Below are positions 29,164 through 39,501 of a stretch of 64,000 bases of DNA, piece by piece (position 1 is the stretch's first letter; each line of letters opens with the position of its first letter). The DNA is from Oliverpabstia sp. (GTDB lineage: Bacteria; Bacillota; Clostridia; Lachnospirales; Lachnospiraceae). The notes under the pieces were generated by a model. It was not told where the DNA came from, did not search any database, and was given only the letters and a program-made list of their open reading frames with translations. The stretch covers positions 158-64,157 of the forward strand of contig JBJELT010000028.1 in assembly GCA_051879295.1 (NCBI GenBank), written 5' to 3'. The translations under genes and the position numbers were made by a program.

Positions 29164-31146
29164 TCAAGAGTTGTTTTTTCTTTTTTTGATGACGATCACA
29201 GCGATTACAATCAGAACGATCAGTGCTGCGGCAGCCAATATCACATATATGACAACAGGATTTTCATCTCCAGTTTTTGGATTTCTGGTAAATACGTTGT
29301 TTGCTTTCAACGGCGCTTTTCCAGATGTTTTATTCACGGTTGGTTTTTTATTGCCTGAAGAACTGCTTCCGCTGACTGTGCTGCCAATTTTATCAGATGT
29401 ACTTGTTGGGGTATTTGTATAAGCCTTATCGGTATTTCCTACCAAAACCTTGCTTCCTGCCAGATTATAGGGGCTGAAAGAAGTTGTCACAAAACTGATG
29501 GTTCCGTTGTCATTATATACCGGTGTGATATATTCTATAGTTCCGTCTTCCAGATAATGAACCACCACCAGCTGTGTATACAAGGTCTGATCCGGGGCCG
29601 GCATGGTGATCCGTACCTGAAGCCCGTTTAATTTGTATTCGGTATCATTAATCAAATCCCAAAGCTTCATATCATAAGGCGCAATGAATGTATCCACATT
29701 CTTTTCCTCAAGAACCGCTGCATTGTTCATTTCATTTTTCAATTCCACACGGAACTGTACATACCATGGAAAATCACCTTCGATTGTCAAACCATTGCTC
29801 TGTCGGTTAAATACTGCTGCTCTGGTCTGTGCCTCTGTCAACTTTATATATGTATCTGCACCAAATAAGGATTTCTGTGCTTCACTGAGTGATTCATACC
29901 AGACAAAAGCCTCTACGACAGCTTCTACTTCTTCGATACTGGTCACTTCCATCGGAAGATAATCAATCAGATTCTGAACTTCTGCTGCTGCCTGCTTTTC
30001 TTCTGGTGTCAATACATCCTGCGGTACTTCCGGCACGCCATTTTCCGGCGTCGACTCAGGAACATTTTCCGTTCCTTCCGGTGTACCAGGAGTAATCTCC
30101 GGTTCCTGCGCAGGCGTACCTTCCGGGGTTACCTCCGGCGTGGTTTCCGGGGTCGGCTGCGGTGTGCTTCCCGGCGTCACTTCAGGTGTACCTCCCGGGG
30201 TTACTTCCGGGGCGCTTTCCGGCGTCGGCTGCGGCGTACTCTCCGGCGTAGTTTCCGGCGTCGGCTGTGGTGTACTTTCCGGTGTTTCTTCCGGTGTGGG
30301 CTGCGGTGTACTCTCCGGCGTCGGCTGCGGCGTACTTTCCGGCGGTACTTCCGGGGTTGCCTCAGGGGTACTTTCCGGTTCTTTTCCCAACTCATCCTTT
30401 TTCTCATCTTCCTCAGGTTTCAGTGACAGGACTCTAACAGAAACCGTACGGGTAACTGTTTTCTTTTCTTTGTCCCAGCCTTTCTCCTCACTGTAATCAA
30501 CCGTATCAGAATCATAAGGATAGAAAACGACACGGCATTCGGTTTCATATTCGGTCAGGACAAAATCTTCATCCTCCCATGAGAAAACTCCGTCACCGTC
30601 ACAGCGATAAAGTGGAACCTCACTGAGTGTACAGGGTTCCTTCACCTTCATTTCTTTCGGAACATATACCTTCTCCCGTTCCACGGCGCCTTCCACTTCA
30701 CCCTTACCTATAATATCATCCAGATAAAGTCTCACATTATCCAGCGTAAGTTTTCCTTTTACTTTAACCAGTGCATCCTCAAAATCTTTTGCACGGCGCA
30801 CACTGACTCCGGAAGGAAGCTCCCAGATTTCTTCTTTTTTCACCGTTACCGTTCCACAGATTCGTATCACACCATATTCTCCGACCAGTTCTGCTGCTTT
30901 GGAAAAGGTTTTAACTGCCTCATCCCTGGTTTTACCGGAATTCTCATCATCCCCGGATTCACCATCCAGATAGATAACTGTCAGTTCTTCCTTCTTCTCA
31001 TCTGTCAGTTCCGTTGGCTTTCTGTCCTGATCCGCATGGACAAATTGCCCGCTGCCCGTCGACAATACCATCACCGACGCCATCAGAATTCCCATCGTTC
31101 GCAGACAATGCTTTTTACTGATCGCTGTTTTCTTGTGAATTCTCAT
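29164..31146 (-). CDS. Sortase-anchored surface protein with Pro/Thr/Glu repeats
   Basis: Signal peptide, TPE/STPQP repeats, NPKTG + TM + basic tail. Confidence 0.8.
   Translation of the reverse strand: MRIHKKTAISKKHCLRTMGILMASVMVLSTGSGQFVHADQDRKPTELTDEKKEELTVIYLDGESGDDENSGKTRDEAVKTFSKAAELVGEYGVIRICGTVTVKKEEIWELPSGVSVRRAKDFEDALVKVKGKLTLDNVRLYLDDIIGKGEVEGAVEREKVYVPKEMKVKEPCTLSEVPLYRCDGDGVFSWEDEDFVLTEYETECRVVFYPYDSDTVDYSEEKGWDKEKKTVTRTVSVRVLSLKPEEDEKKDELGKEPESTPEATPEVPPESTPQPTPESTPQPTPEETPESTPQPTPETTPESTPQPTPESAPEVTPGGTPEVTPGSTPQPTPETTPEVTPEGTPAQEPEITPGTPEGTENVPESTPENGVPEVPQDVLTPEEKQAAAEVQNLIDYLPMEVTSIEEVEAVVEAFVWYESLSEAQKSLFGADTYIKLTEAQTRAAVFNRQSNGLTIEGDFPWYVQFRVELKNEMNNAAVLEEKNVDTFIAPYDMKLWDLINDTEYKLNGLQVRITMPAPDQTLYTQLVVVHYLEDGTIEYITPVYNDNGTISFVTTSFSPYNLAGSKVLVGNTDKAYTNTPTSTSDKIGSTVSGSSSSGNKKPTVNKTSGKAPLKANNVFTRNPKTGDENPVVIYVILAAAALIVLIVIAVIVIKKRKNNS
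30100..30380. repeat. Coding tandem repeat with 12-bp units (TPES/TPQP/TPEV)
   Basis: Degenerate ccggcgt/ccgggg units encoding the linker. Confidence 0.75.
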
Positions 31147-31443
31147 AATCTTCTCCCTTAAAATAATTTGAAACTGTTCAGTACCAGGCTGATTCCCTCT
31201 CAAACAGTCACAAGAATTTCTTGAATAACCTCTTACGTACAGCAGTATATCACAAATCTTTTGATTATTACACCCCCAAAACGAATTTTTTTACTGCCTA
31301 CTCCGTGACCAGCAACGTTTTTTCTTTCATTTAACTTGCAATTTTACAGGAAATCATGTATATTTTCTATAATATAATAGAAGGGTCAAAGTCATGTATT
31401 TCCATATTTACATGACTTTGGGGCCCACAAAACTTGAGAAGGA

Positions 31444-32745
31444 GTGAATAAATTGGATTCAGGCGACGCGATACAGCTATTGCTGTTATTGATCCTGCTG
31501 CTGCTCTCTGCATTTTTTTCTTCTGCCGAGACAGCTATGACAACTGTAAACAAGATCCGCATTATGTCATTGGTGGAGGAAGGGAATAAAAGGGCAAAAA
31601 CGCTTCTTAGGATTATTGATGATCCGGGAAATCTGCTGAGTACCATTTTAATTGGAAACAATATCGTCAACCTTTATGCTTCTTCCCTGGCAACTACATG
31701 GACAACCCGTGTATTCGGAAGTGCATTGATCGGTGTTTCCACCGGTATCCTGACCTTACTGGTTCTGTTATTTGGTGAAATCACCCCAAAAACCATGGCA
31801 ACACTAAACGCAGAAAAGCTTTCTCTGGCTTATGCGCCGATTATTCTTTTTTTGATGAAGATTTTGAGCCCTGTTATTTTTCTGGTGAACAAGCTATCCG
31901 GCATCGTTCTTACCATGCTTCATGTAGATCCCAATGCCAGGCAGTATCAGATGACCGAACAAGAACTCAGAACAATCGTGAATGTAAGCCACGAAGACGG
32001 TGTTATCGAAAAAGAAGAACGCCAGATGATTTATAATGTGTTTGATTTCGGTGATTCTCAGGCCAAGGACGTGATGGTTCCCCGTATCGATATGTCCTTT
32101 GTAAGTGCCGACATTACGTATGAAGAGCTTATGAAGATTTTCCGGGAGAACGGTTATACGCGGTATCCCGTCTATGAAAATACCACAGATGTGATTATCG
32201 GTACGATCAATATGAAAGATATTCTTCTTCTGGATTCCAGAGAAAATTTCTCAGTACGCAGCATTCTGAGAGAACCTTATTTTACCTATGAGCATAAAAG
32301 TACGGCCGATCTTCTGATGGAGATGAAAGAATATGCCGTAAACCTTGCCATTGTTCTGGATGAATATGGTGCTACTGCCGGTATGATCACATTGGAAGAC
32401 CTTCTGGAAGAAATTGTCGGAGAGATCCGGGATGAATACGATGAAGACGAAGAAGAAGATTATCTGGAGATCATTCCGGAGCGCGAGTATACTGCTCAGG
32501 GGTCTGCCAAACTGGATGATCTGAATGAAAGCCTGGGACTTCATCTGGAATCAGAAGACTACGACTCTATCGGCGGATACATTATCGAGCAGTTGGATCA
32601 TCTCCCACTGACCGGAGAATCCTGTATCACATCGGATGGTCTGAAACTTGTGGTTGATGAGATGGACAAGAATCGTATTGAACTGGTTCATATTTATATA
32701 CCTGAAAATTATTTCAAATCGGAAGATACCGATGAAAATGCATAG
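31444..32745 (+). CDS. HlyC/CorC (CNNM + CBS) transporter
   Basis: SAFFSSAETAM, LFGEITPK, DEYGATAGMITLEDLLEEIVGEI. Confidence 0.92.
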   Translation: MNKLDSGDAIQLLLLLILLLLSAFFSSAETAMTTVNKIRIMSLVEEGNKRAKTLLRIIDDPGNLLSTILIGNNIVNLYASSLATTWTTRVFGSALIGVSTGILTLLVLLFGEITPKTMATLNAEKLSLAYAPIILFLMKILSPVIFLVNKLSGIVLTMLHVDPNARQYQMTEQELRTIVNVSHEDGVIEKEERQMIYNVFDFGDSQAKDVMVPRIDMSFVSADITYEELMKIFRENGYTRYPVYENTTDVIIGTINMKDILLLDSRENFSVRSILREPYFTYEHKSTADLLMEMKEYAVNLAIVLDEYGATAGMITLEDLLEEIVGEIRDEYDEDEEEDYLEIIPEREYTAQGSAKLDDLNESLGLHLESEDYDSIGGYIIEQLDHLPLTGESCITSDGLKLVVDEMDKNRIELVHIYIPENYFKSEDTDENA

Positions 32746-32767
32746 CAATATGAATCGAATGCCGGGG

Positions 32768-33400
32768 TTATTTTTGCCCCGGCATTTTGATTTTTTCTCT
32801 TAGAATCTGATGAAACTGTGAGCCGCACCGCTCCATTTCTCCCAGCACCTCTTCAATTCCCTCTTCTGTCTCAAACCAGTTATATCTATTAATCCCTGTA
32901 TCGGAAGGACAGATCAACAGCTCCGTTTTGGGATATAAAAGCTGATAATACATTTTACATCTTCTGGCATGCTGTGCCTTGCAGCAGATGATTGCCCGAT
33001 CCACCCGGATACCTGCCGCATCAGTTACCGCCCGGGAATGAATGGCATTCTGATAGGTATAGGTTGCCTGATTTTCTTTCAGCACTGCCTGCTCATCCAC
33101 ACCATTTCTGGTCAGCACATCATAAAGAAAATCCCATTCTGTCTCATAAGAACCGGTATAAATCTGGTTTTTTTCCTGTACACCTGCAAATCTGCCAACC
33201 ACCACACTATATTTGCCTGAGGGTAATACCCAGGGTGCATACTTCCTTTTCCAGAGTTCAGCTGCACGCTCTGCCATCTGTGGAAATCCATTTCCCGGCA
33301 CAAAAATAATGTCTGCTTTCTGCGGCTCGTCCTCCAGAAAAATAAAATCATTATACATGTCCAGAAATCGCCTGTTTTTTTCGTATGTATTCATTGTCAT
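32768..33400 (-). CDS. YdcF/DUF218 family protein
   Basis: ADIIFVPG, ENQATYTYQNA, HARR. Confidence 0.8.
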   Translation of the reverse strand: MTMNTYEKNRRFLDMYNDFIFLEDEPQKADIIFVPGNGFPQMAERAAELWKRKYAPWVLPSGKYSVVVGRFAGVQEKNQIYTGSYETEWDFLYDVLTRNGVDEQAVLKENQATYTYQNAIHSRAVTDAAGIRVDRAIICCKAQHARRCKMYYQLLYPKTELLICPSDTGINRYNWFETEEGIEEVLGEMERCGSQFHQILREKIKMPGQK

Positions 33401-33464
33401 CCTCTTTTTTAATTAAGTGGGCAGGTTTCTCACTCATGAGAGACTTACCCACCATGTTTTCCTG

Positions 33465-34229
33465 TTATCTGGTCGTGATCCAGGTCTGGTAACCATCACG
33501 GCGAAGTTTCTGCTCCATCGTAACCGCATTGCCCAACTGCTGAAAAGCACCTACCTGAACCTTATACATCCCGTCATCCTCCAGAATATAGGAAGGATAT
33601 CCTTTATCAATCAGTTCATAATTCAGCCGTTCCGCATACTCACGATTTCGAAACAGTCCTGTCTGTACCCGATAGAGAATCGGTTCCTCCACGTCTTCCT
33701 CGGACAGAGTTCCAAGAATCGCATAGGCGATGGCCTCTGCAATCTCATTGAATTTTTCATCGAACAGTGCATTATCACTGTCACTGTTAATAAAGCCTAC
33801 CTCCACCAGCAGTGCCGGCATCCGGGTCCTGCGTAAAACCACCAGACCAGGTCTCGCCTTTACGCCCAGATTTTTAAATCCCAGATTTTCAAGAGCTCCA
33901 TTAATATTCTCTGCCATTTCCAGTTTGATACCGGATTTGTCATAAACCAGTGTCTCCACTCCTTCATATTGATTTGGTATAGGACTGGAATTTCTGTGTA
34001 TGGAAATAAAATAATCTGCCAGTGCCCGATTGGCAATCTGGGCTTTCTGAAAAGGAGTCTGATAAACATCGATGGTTCTTGTATATACCACATCGACCCC
34101 CTGACTCTTCAGAATGTCTCCAATCGCCAGAACCAGTCTTAAGGTATCATCCTTTTCCTGTCGGCCCTGATAAACAGCACCCGGATCCTCACCGCCATGT
34201 CCTGCATCCAGAACTATTTTATACGCCAT
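33465..34229 (-). CDS. Amidase_3 + SPOR cell-wall hydrolase (CwlC-like)
   Basis: VLDAGHGG, SIHRN, LVEVGFI; YRVQTG/YKVQVGAF SPOR repeats. Confidence 0.9.
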   Translation of the reverse strand: MAYKIVLDAGHGGEDPGAVYQGRQEKDDTLRLVLAIGDILKSQGVDVVYTRTIDVYQTPFQKAQIANRALADYFISIHRNSSPIPNQYEGVETLVYDKSGIKLEMAENINGALENLGFKNLGVKARPGLVVLRRTRMPALLVEVGFINSDSDNALFDEKFNEIAEAIAYAILGTLSEEDVEEPILYRVQTGLFRNREYAERLNYELIDKGYPSYILEDDGMYKVQVGAFQQLGNAVTMEQKLRRDGYQTWITTR

Positions 34230-34313
34230 GCAAAACCTCCAGACAGCAAACCGGCAAATCCGGGGCGAAATATGCGAGACATTTTCTCCGCCGGTTTTGC
34301 CGGAAACTTTTTT

Positions 34314-35534
34314 CTATACTATATGCAGAGGTTCCAGACTTCGTTCCAGAATTCCCGTCACACGGGCAATCAACATGCCATAATTTGTGATCGGTATTCC
34401 GGCATCCTGTGCACAGGCAATCCGATAATGCATCTCACGCGCATTCAACATGCAGCCTCCACAATGTACGATCATCCTATATGGTGAAAGATCCACTGGA
34501 AATTCTCCGCCGCTGCTGAATGAAAATTCCAGATTTTTTCCTATATAGTTTCTGATCCAGGTCGGAATCTTCACTGTTCCGATATCATTGCACTGTCTGT
34601 GATGGGTACACCCCTCCGATATCAGCACACGATCCCCCTCCTGAAGGGTTTCCAATGCTCTGAGTCCCTGCAGAAATGGATCCAGTTCACCTTTATATCG
34701 TGCAAAAAGAATGGAAAATGAAGTCAGCGGAACAATTTCCGGAACGATTGCAGAGACTTCCGCAAATGCCTGGCTGTCTGTAATTACCAGACCCACCTGA
34801 TCACCAAGACTGTTCAGCAGTGCTTCCAATTCAGTGTTCCGTACTGTCACACAGGCACCTCCCGCTTCCAGAATATCCCTGATTGTCTGCTGCTGGGGCA
34901 GAATCAGTCTTCCCTTTGGTGCTGCCTTATCAATGGGGATGACCAGCACCGTGAGTTTTCCGGGCACCAGCAAATCTGCTACAATCCGCTGTTCTTCCTG
35001 TTCGTCTTTCATCAGCACTGCCAGACGGTCTTTCAGTTCATAGATATGATAACCTGTTGCTGCACTGACATCCATCACTTCTTTCTGACCGGCCTTCTCC
35101 CTCACTTCTGTCAGAATTGCTTCCACAGTTTCCGCTGACACACGGTCGCACTGATTCACCGCTACCATGCAGGGAATCTGTTTATCTTTAATACGTTCCA
35201 GAAGTTTCCTGTCCTCATCTGTCATACCCTGTCCGGCATCCAATACCAGAAGTGCGATATCTGATTTGTTTAACATCTGATAACTGCGTGCCACGCGAAG
35301 ACTTCCCAGTTCTCCCTCATCATCAATCCCCGGTGTATCGATCATCACCACTGGCCCCAGCGGAAGCAATTCCATTGCCTTCTGTACCGGATCTGTCGTG
35401 GTGCCCTCTATCGGAGATACAATTGAAAGGCTCTGTCCTGTCATCGCATTGATCAGACTGGACTTTCCCGCATTTCTTCTTCCAAAAATACCAATGTGTA
35501 CTCTTTCTGCCGATGGTGTACTGTTCATACTCAT
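34314..35534 (-). CDS. hydF: [FeFe]-hydrogenase maturation GTPase
   Basis: GRRNAGKSS, DTPG, EGCTHH, HCGGC. Confidence 0.95.
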   Translation of the reverse strand: MSMNSTPSAERVHIGIFGRRNAGKSSLINAMTGQSLSIVSPIEGTTTDPVQKAMELLPLGPVVMIDTPGIDDEGELGSLRVARSYQMLNKSDIALLVLDAGQGMTDEDRKLLERIKDKQIPCMVAVNQCDRVSAETVEAILTEVREKAGQKEVMDVSAATGYHIYELKDRLAVLMKDEQEEQRIVADLLVPGKLTVLVIPIDKAAPKGRLILPQQQTIRDILEAGGACVTVRNTELEALLNSLGDQVGLVITDSQAFAEVSAIVPEIVPLTSFSILFARYKGELDPFLQGLRALETLQEGDRVLISEGCTHHRQCNDIGTVKIPTWIRNYIGKNLEFSFSSGGEFPVDLSPYRMIVHCGGCMLNAREMHYRIACAQDAGIPITNYGMLIARVTGILERSLEPLHIV

Positions 35535-35545
35535 GATGTTTCCTC

Positions 35546-36964
35546 CTAAAAACGGAAATCTCTGTTTCCTTTCTCAATCTCTTTCAGGTTCCGCACCACA
35601 ATTTCTCTTACTTTTTCTTTCGGTATATTGACCAGCTCTTTTTGAATCAAAGCTTCTCCAACCGCTTTAGTATCCTCAGATGCATAATCCTCGAGATATT
35701 CTTTCAGGGTCATCAGCGCATTCGGATGGCAGCAGTTCTGAATCTGACCGCTTTTGCAAAGGCTCATGAAGCGATCTCCTGTTCTTCCTTCCCGATAACA
35801 TGCCGTACAGAAGCTGGGAATATAGTCCATCTTCATCAGCCAGTTCACTACCTGGTCCAGTGTCCGGTTATCACTTACATCAAATTGAGCAGAGCTTTCA
35901 TCTTCAGGTTCTTCTTCCGCATATCCTCCGACACTGGTTCTGGAACCGCCGCTGATCTGAGAAACACCCAGATGAAGCACACGTTCTCTGCACTTCTGAC
36001 TTTCTCTGGTAGAAATAATCATTCCTGTATATGGAACGGCAATTCTGATACAAGCCACCAGTTTTGCAAAAATGTCATCGCCAATACCATTATCAAAAGC
36101 ATCCGGATCAATATCATCCGCTCTCCGGATTCTCGGCACACTGATGGTATGCGGGCCCACGCCGTGTACTGCTTCCAGGTGTTCAGCATGCATCAGCAGA
36201 CCTGCAAATTCATACCGGTAAAGTTCCAGTCCGAACAATACACCGATTCCCACATCATCAATGCCACCTTCCATTGCGCGGTCCATCGCCTCCGTATGAT
36301 AAGCATAATCATGCTTTGGTCCTGTCGGATGCAGTTTCTCATAAGATTCCTTATGATAAGTCTCCTGGAACAGAATATAGGTACCAATTCCTGCTTCTTT
36401 CAGTTTTCTGTAATTCTCCACCGTAGTCGCTGCAATATTTACATTGACTCTGCGAATCGCACCGTTTTTATGCTTGATGCTGTAAATGGTTTTGATACTT
36501 TCCAGAACATATTCAATCGGATTATTCACCGGATCCTCTCCTGTCTCCAGAGCCAGTCTCTTATGCCCCATGTCCTGAAGAGCCATTACTTCCCGTTTAA
36601 TTTCTTCCTGTGTGAGTTTTTTTCTCGGAATATGTTTATTCTTTGCATGATACGGACAATATACACAGCCGTTCACACAATAATTAGACAGATACAGCGG
36701 TGCAAACATTACAATTCGATTGCCGTAAAAATCCTTTTTAATCTGTTCTGCCAATGCACAGATTTCCTTATTCTTCTCCTCATCCTCACAGACCAGAAGT
36801 ACAGATGCCTCCCTGTGGTTCAGACCTTTTCTTTTTCTTGCTTTCTCAAGAATCTGATTGATCAGTTCCACATTGTTCTTGTTCCTTTCGGCATACTCCA
36901 GAGTCTCCATGATCTCCTCATGACTGATAAACTCTTCCGCTTTCATGGAATCTACACGATACAT
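35546..36964 (-). CDS. hydG: [FeFe]-hydrogenase maturation radical SAM
   Basis: FAPLYLSNYCVNGCVYC, LFQETYH, C-terminal CTAC...CHPNA. Confidence 0.95.
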   Translation of the reverse strand: MYRVDSMKAEEFISHEEIMETLEYAERNKNNVELINQILEKARKRKGLNHREASVLLVCEDEEKNKEICALAEQIKKDFYGNRIVMFAPLYLSNYCVNGCVYCPYHAKNKHIPRKKLTQEEIKREVMALQDMGHKRLALETGEDPVNNPIEYVLESIKTIYSIKHKNGAIRRVNVNIAATTVENYRKLKEAGIGTYILFQETYHKESYEKLHPTGPKHDYAYHTEAMDRAMEGGIDDVGIGVLFGLELYRYEFAGLLMHAEHLEAVHGVGPHTISVPRIRRADDIDPDAFDNGIGDDIFAKLVACIRIAVPYTGMIISTRESQKCRERVLHLGVSQISGGSRTSVGGYAEEEPEDESSAQFDVSDNRTLDQVVNWLMKMDYIPSFCTACYREGRTGDRFMSLCKSGQIQNCCHPNALMTLKEYLEDYASEDTKAVGEALIQKELVNIPKEKVREIVVRNLKEIEKGNRDFRF

Positions 36965-37159
36965 TATATCCCTCCGTTTCCTACCAGAATCATCTCAAAC
37001 TCATTTTCTGGGCTTATCCACCGGTTCTGATATTTCAAGCTCTTAATTGTTACTGTATACAGTATAGCATTCCTGTTTTTTATCTACAAGAATATTTTGC
37101 AATTTATCTATATTCCTGCTATTATTAAGACAATTATTAATATTTGTTAATTTGGAGAG

Positions 37160-37330
37160 GGACGGAAACTTCCTATCATTTTTTCAGAAGCATTGGGGAA
37201 AGTGAGTCCGAAAATATGCACTTAGCAAGACTTTGGCGCGAAGGCTTTCCTGAGCGTCAATTAGTCGCGCTTAGTGCAGAGTTGAGGAGGAACGGCCTGC
37301 TTCTGAAAAATACCATTAATTCTCCGTCCC
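37160..37330. repeat. MITE/REP-like hairpin element A, copy 1
   Basis: Shares ends (GGACGG...CCGTCC) and the core TATGCACTTAGCAAGACTTTGGCGCGAAGGCTTTCCTGAGCGTCAATTAGTCGC with copy 2. Confidence 0.8.
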
Positions 37331-37384
37331 TTTCCATAAGGAATTACAAAAAAGTATACTTTACGATGCACAGGAGAAATTATT

Positions 37385-38296
37385 ATGTACTATTTTATTG
37401 TCAACCCTTCCTCCCGCTCCGGCCAGGGAATGGAAGTATGGATTCAGGCTGAATATACACTGAAAAAAGAACATATTGCCTATCAGGTTTTCTTCACCAG
37501 ATACAGCGGTCACGGCACAAGACTGGTTCATTCACTGCTTCCAAAGCTGCATGAACAGCACCTTGTAATTATCGGTGGTGACGGAACGGTCAATGAGGTA
37601 CTGAACGGCCTGCCTTCCCATTTTCCGGTCACAGTCAGCTACATTCCGGTGGGTTCCGGCAATGATTTTGCCCGTGGTATGCAGATTCCCTCACAACCGG
37701 AAGAAGCTCTCCGCCGCCTGCTGTCTCCCTGTGGTTCTGAACATATTGATCTAGGAAAACTGAACACAGGAAAACAGGAATCTGTATTCGGTGTCAGTTC
37801 CGGCATCGGTTATGATGCCGAAGTTTGTTATGAAGTCTCTCATTCCCGCATAAAAAAATGGCTGAATCGACTGCACTTGGGAAAACTCGCCTATGCAGCC
37901 GCAGCCATCAGACTATTATTTACTTTCCGTCCCTCAGATATGGAAATCACACTGGATGATCAGCTGCCTCTTCATTTTCACAATGCCTACTTTGCTGCAG
38001 GAATGAATCTTCCGTATGAGGGCGGTGGTTTTCGCTTCTGTCCTACAGCCAACTGCAGAGACAGCAAACTGGATTTTATGATTGTACATAATCTTCCCAA
38101 ATGGAAAATACTGCTCCTTTTCCCAACTGCCTACTTTGCCCGTCACACACATATCCGCGGAATCACCATTCTGCAGGGAAAGTGTATGCATATTCACAGC
38201 AGTCATCCATTCCGACTACATCGTGACGGTGAATTTGCGGGATATTCCAATGACATCACACTGAGTATTAATCCAGAGGCTGTTGATTTTCATTGA
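37385..38296 (+). CDS. Diacylglycerol kinase family lipid kinase (YegS/BmrU-like)
   Basis: IVNPSS, GGDGTVNEV, GSGNDFAR, DGE. Confidence 0.92.
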   Translation: MYYFIVNPSSRSGQGMEVWIQAEYTLKKEHIAYQVFFTRYSGHGTRLVHSLLPKLHEQHLVIIGGDGTVNEVLNGLPSHFPVTVSYIPVGSGNDFARGMQIPSQPEEALRRLLSPCGSEHIDLGKLNTGKQESVFGVSSGIGYDAEVCYEVSHSRIKKWLNRLHLGKLAYAAAAIRLLFTFRPSDMEITLDDQLPLHFHNAYFAAGMNLPYEGGGFRFCPTANCRDSKLDFMIVHNLPKWKILLLFPTAYFARHTHIRGITILQGKCMHIHSSHPFRLHRDGEFAGYSNDITLSINPEAVDFH

Positions 38297-38305
38297 CAGC
38301 CTCTT

Positions 38306-38569
38306 TTATCCTTCTACAATCAGATATGTACCATCTTCAAGAGAAAATATTTCACTTGCTTCCAGGATTTCCTCATCACTCATACCGGACACATCCATAC
38401 CGCTTTCATCCAGATATTCTCTGACCTCTTTCAAATTCTTCACAACAACTGCCATGCAGTCCTCCAGAAATTCTTCTGCTTCCTGATAATTATCTGCTAC
38501 ATTTTCATCAAAAAGCTGTCCCTGTTTTTTCAAAAAAGTTTCCACACAAATTTTACTGTACTGACTCAT
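38306..38569 (-). CDS. Conserved-looking acidic hypothetical protein
   Basis: 87 aa, AAAGGAG RBS. Confidence 0.65.
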   Translation of the reverse strand: MSQYSKICVETFLKKQGQLFDENVADNYQEAEEFLEDCMAVVVKNLKEVREYLDESGMDVSGMSDEEILEASEIFSLEDGTYLIVEG

Positions 38570-38618
38570 TTTTTCTCTCCTTTCTGTTTATGCCTCGAGC
38601 TATTCATCATTTTCACTA

Positions 38619-38804
38619 TTACCCAACCTGAAGATCCAACAGCTGCTGCGGCTTTTCAATAATCACATCCGCATGATATTTGAAATCACTGACCGGCTGT
38701 ACAGGAAGACCAAACTGTTCCAGAATTTGATTCGCCACATAAGCAATTGATTCCACTGTATCTGCCAATGTCCCATCCAAGTCAAAAATACAAGCCTGAA
38801 ACAT
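38619..38804 (-). pseudogene. HAD hydrolase with a large in-frame internal deletion
   Basis: FDLDGTLADT N-terminus joined directly to a C-terminal-like ADVIIEKPQQLLDL. Confidence 0.7.
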
Positions 38805-38956
38805 ATTCTTTACTCCGTCCCCTTTCACAGTAATCAAAAAAAGTATAACCTCTTAGGGCAAAAATAGCAAGTAATGAAAAAAATACTTTCTTTTTTGTTA
38901 AAATAGTATTAAAATAAGAGATACTTATATTATCTAAGCTATAAAGGAGATTTGAG

Positions 38957-39292
38957 ATGGCAAAGAATTATATCTGGAAAACTCTTGCAGGTGTAGCTGT
39001 TGCAGGAGCTGCCGTTGGCGGAGCACTGGCATATTTAAAGAAATGTAAAGATGTGAATGACCTCAGCGAAGAAGATTTTGAAGATCTGCTGAATGATGAA
39101 GATGAGGATGCATGCCCTGCTGAGCGCACATACACCACACTTCCTACCGAACACGCTGAAGAAGAAAAAGCAGAAGAAGCAGCCGAAGAGACAGAGGACT
39201 CAGAAGAGACCGAGGCTGCTGAAGAACCTGATACAACTGAAGAAGAGACTGCTGAAGAACCGTCTGCCGAAGCTGATGAAGTAACAGAGTAA
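38957..39292 (+). CDS. Acidic protein with N-terminal membrane anchor
   Basis: TM AGVAVAGAAVGG followed by a Glu-rich tail; AAGGAG RBS. Confidence 0.7.
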   Translation: MAKNYIWKTLAGVAVAGAAVGGALAYLKKCKDVNDLSEEDFEDLLNDEDEDACPAERTYTTLPTEHAEEEKAEEAAEETEDSEETEAAEEPDTTEEETAEEPSAEADEVTE

Positions 39293-39319
39293 AGAGTATA
39301 TTTTAGTTACTTTGGAATA

Positions 39320-39486
39320 GGACGGAAACTACCTATCCTTTTTTCAGAAGCAGGCCGTTCCTCCTCAGCTATGCACTTAGCAAGACTTTGGCGCGAAGGC
39401 TTTCCTGAGCGTCAATTAGTCGCAGTTAGCGGCTAGCTGAGGAGGAACGGCCTGCTTCTGAAAAAAGGATATGAAGTTTCCGTCCC
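39320..39486. repeat. MITE/REP-like hairpin element A, copy 2 (more intact)
   Basis: Long inverted arms TTTTTTCAGAAGCAGGCCGTTCCTCCTCAGCTA / TAGCTGAGGAGGAACGGCCTGCTTCTGAAAAAA. Confidence 0.8.
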
Positions 39487-39501
39487 TTTTTCCACATTCA
39501 T

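Noticed and set aside
34314-36964. hydF-hydG without hydE or hydA as an unusual system
   Set aside because: Maturase genes are commonly split across clostridial genomes, so absence from one window is uninformative.
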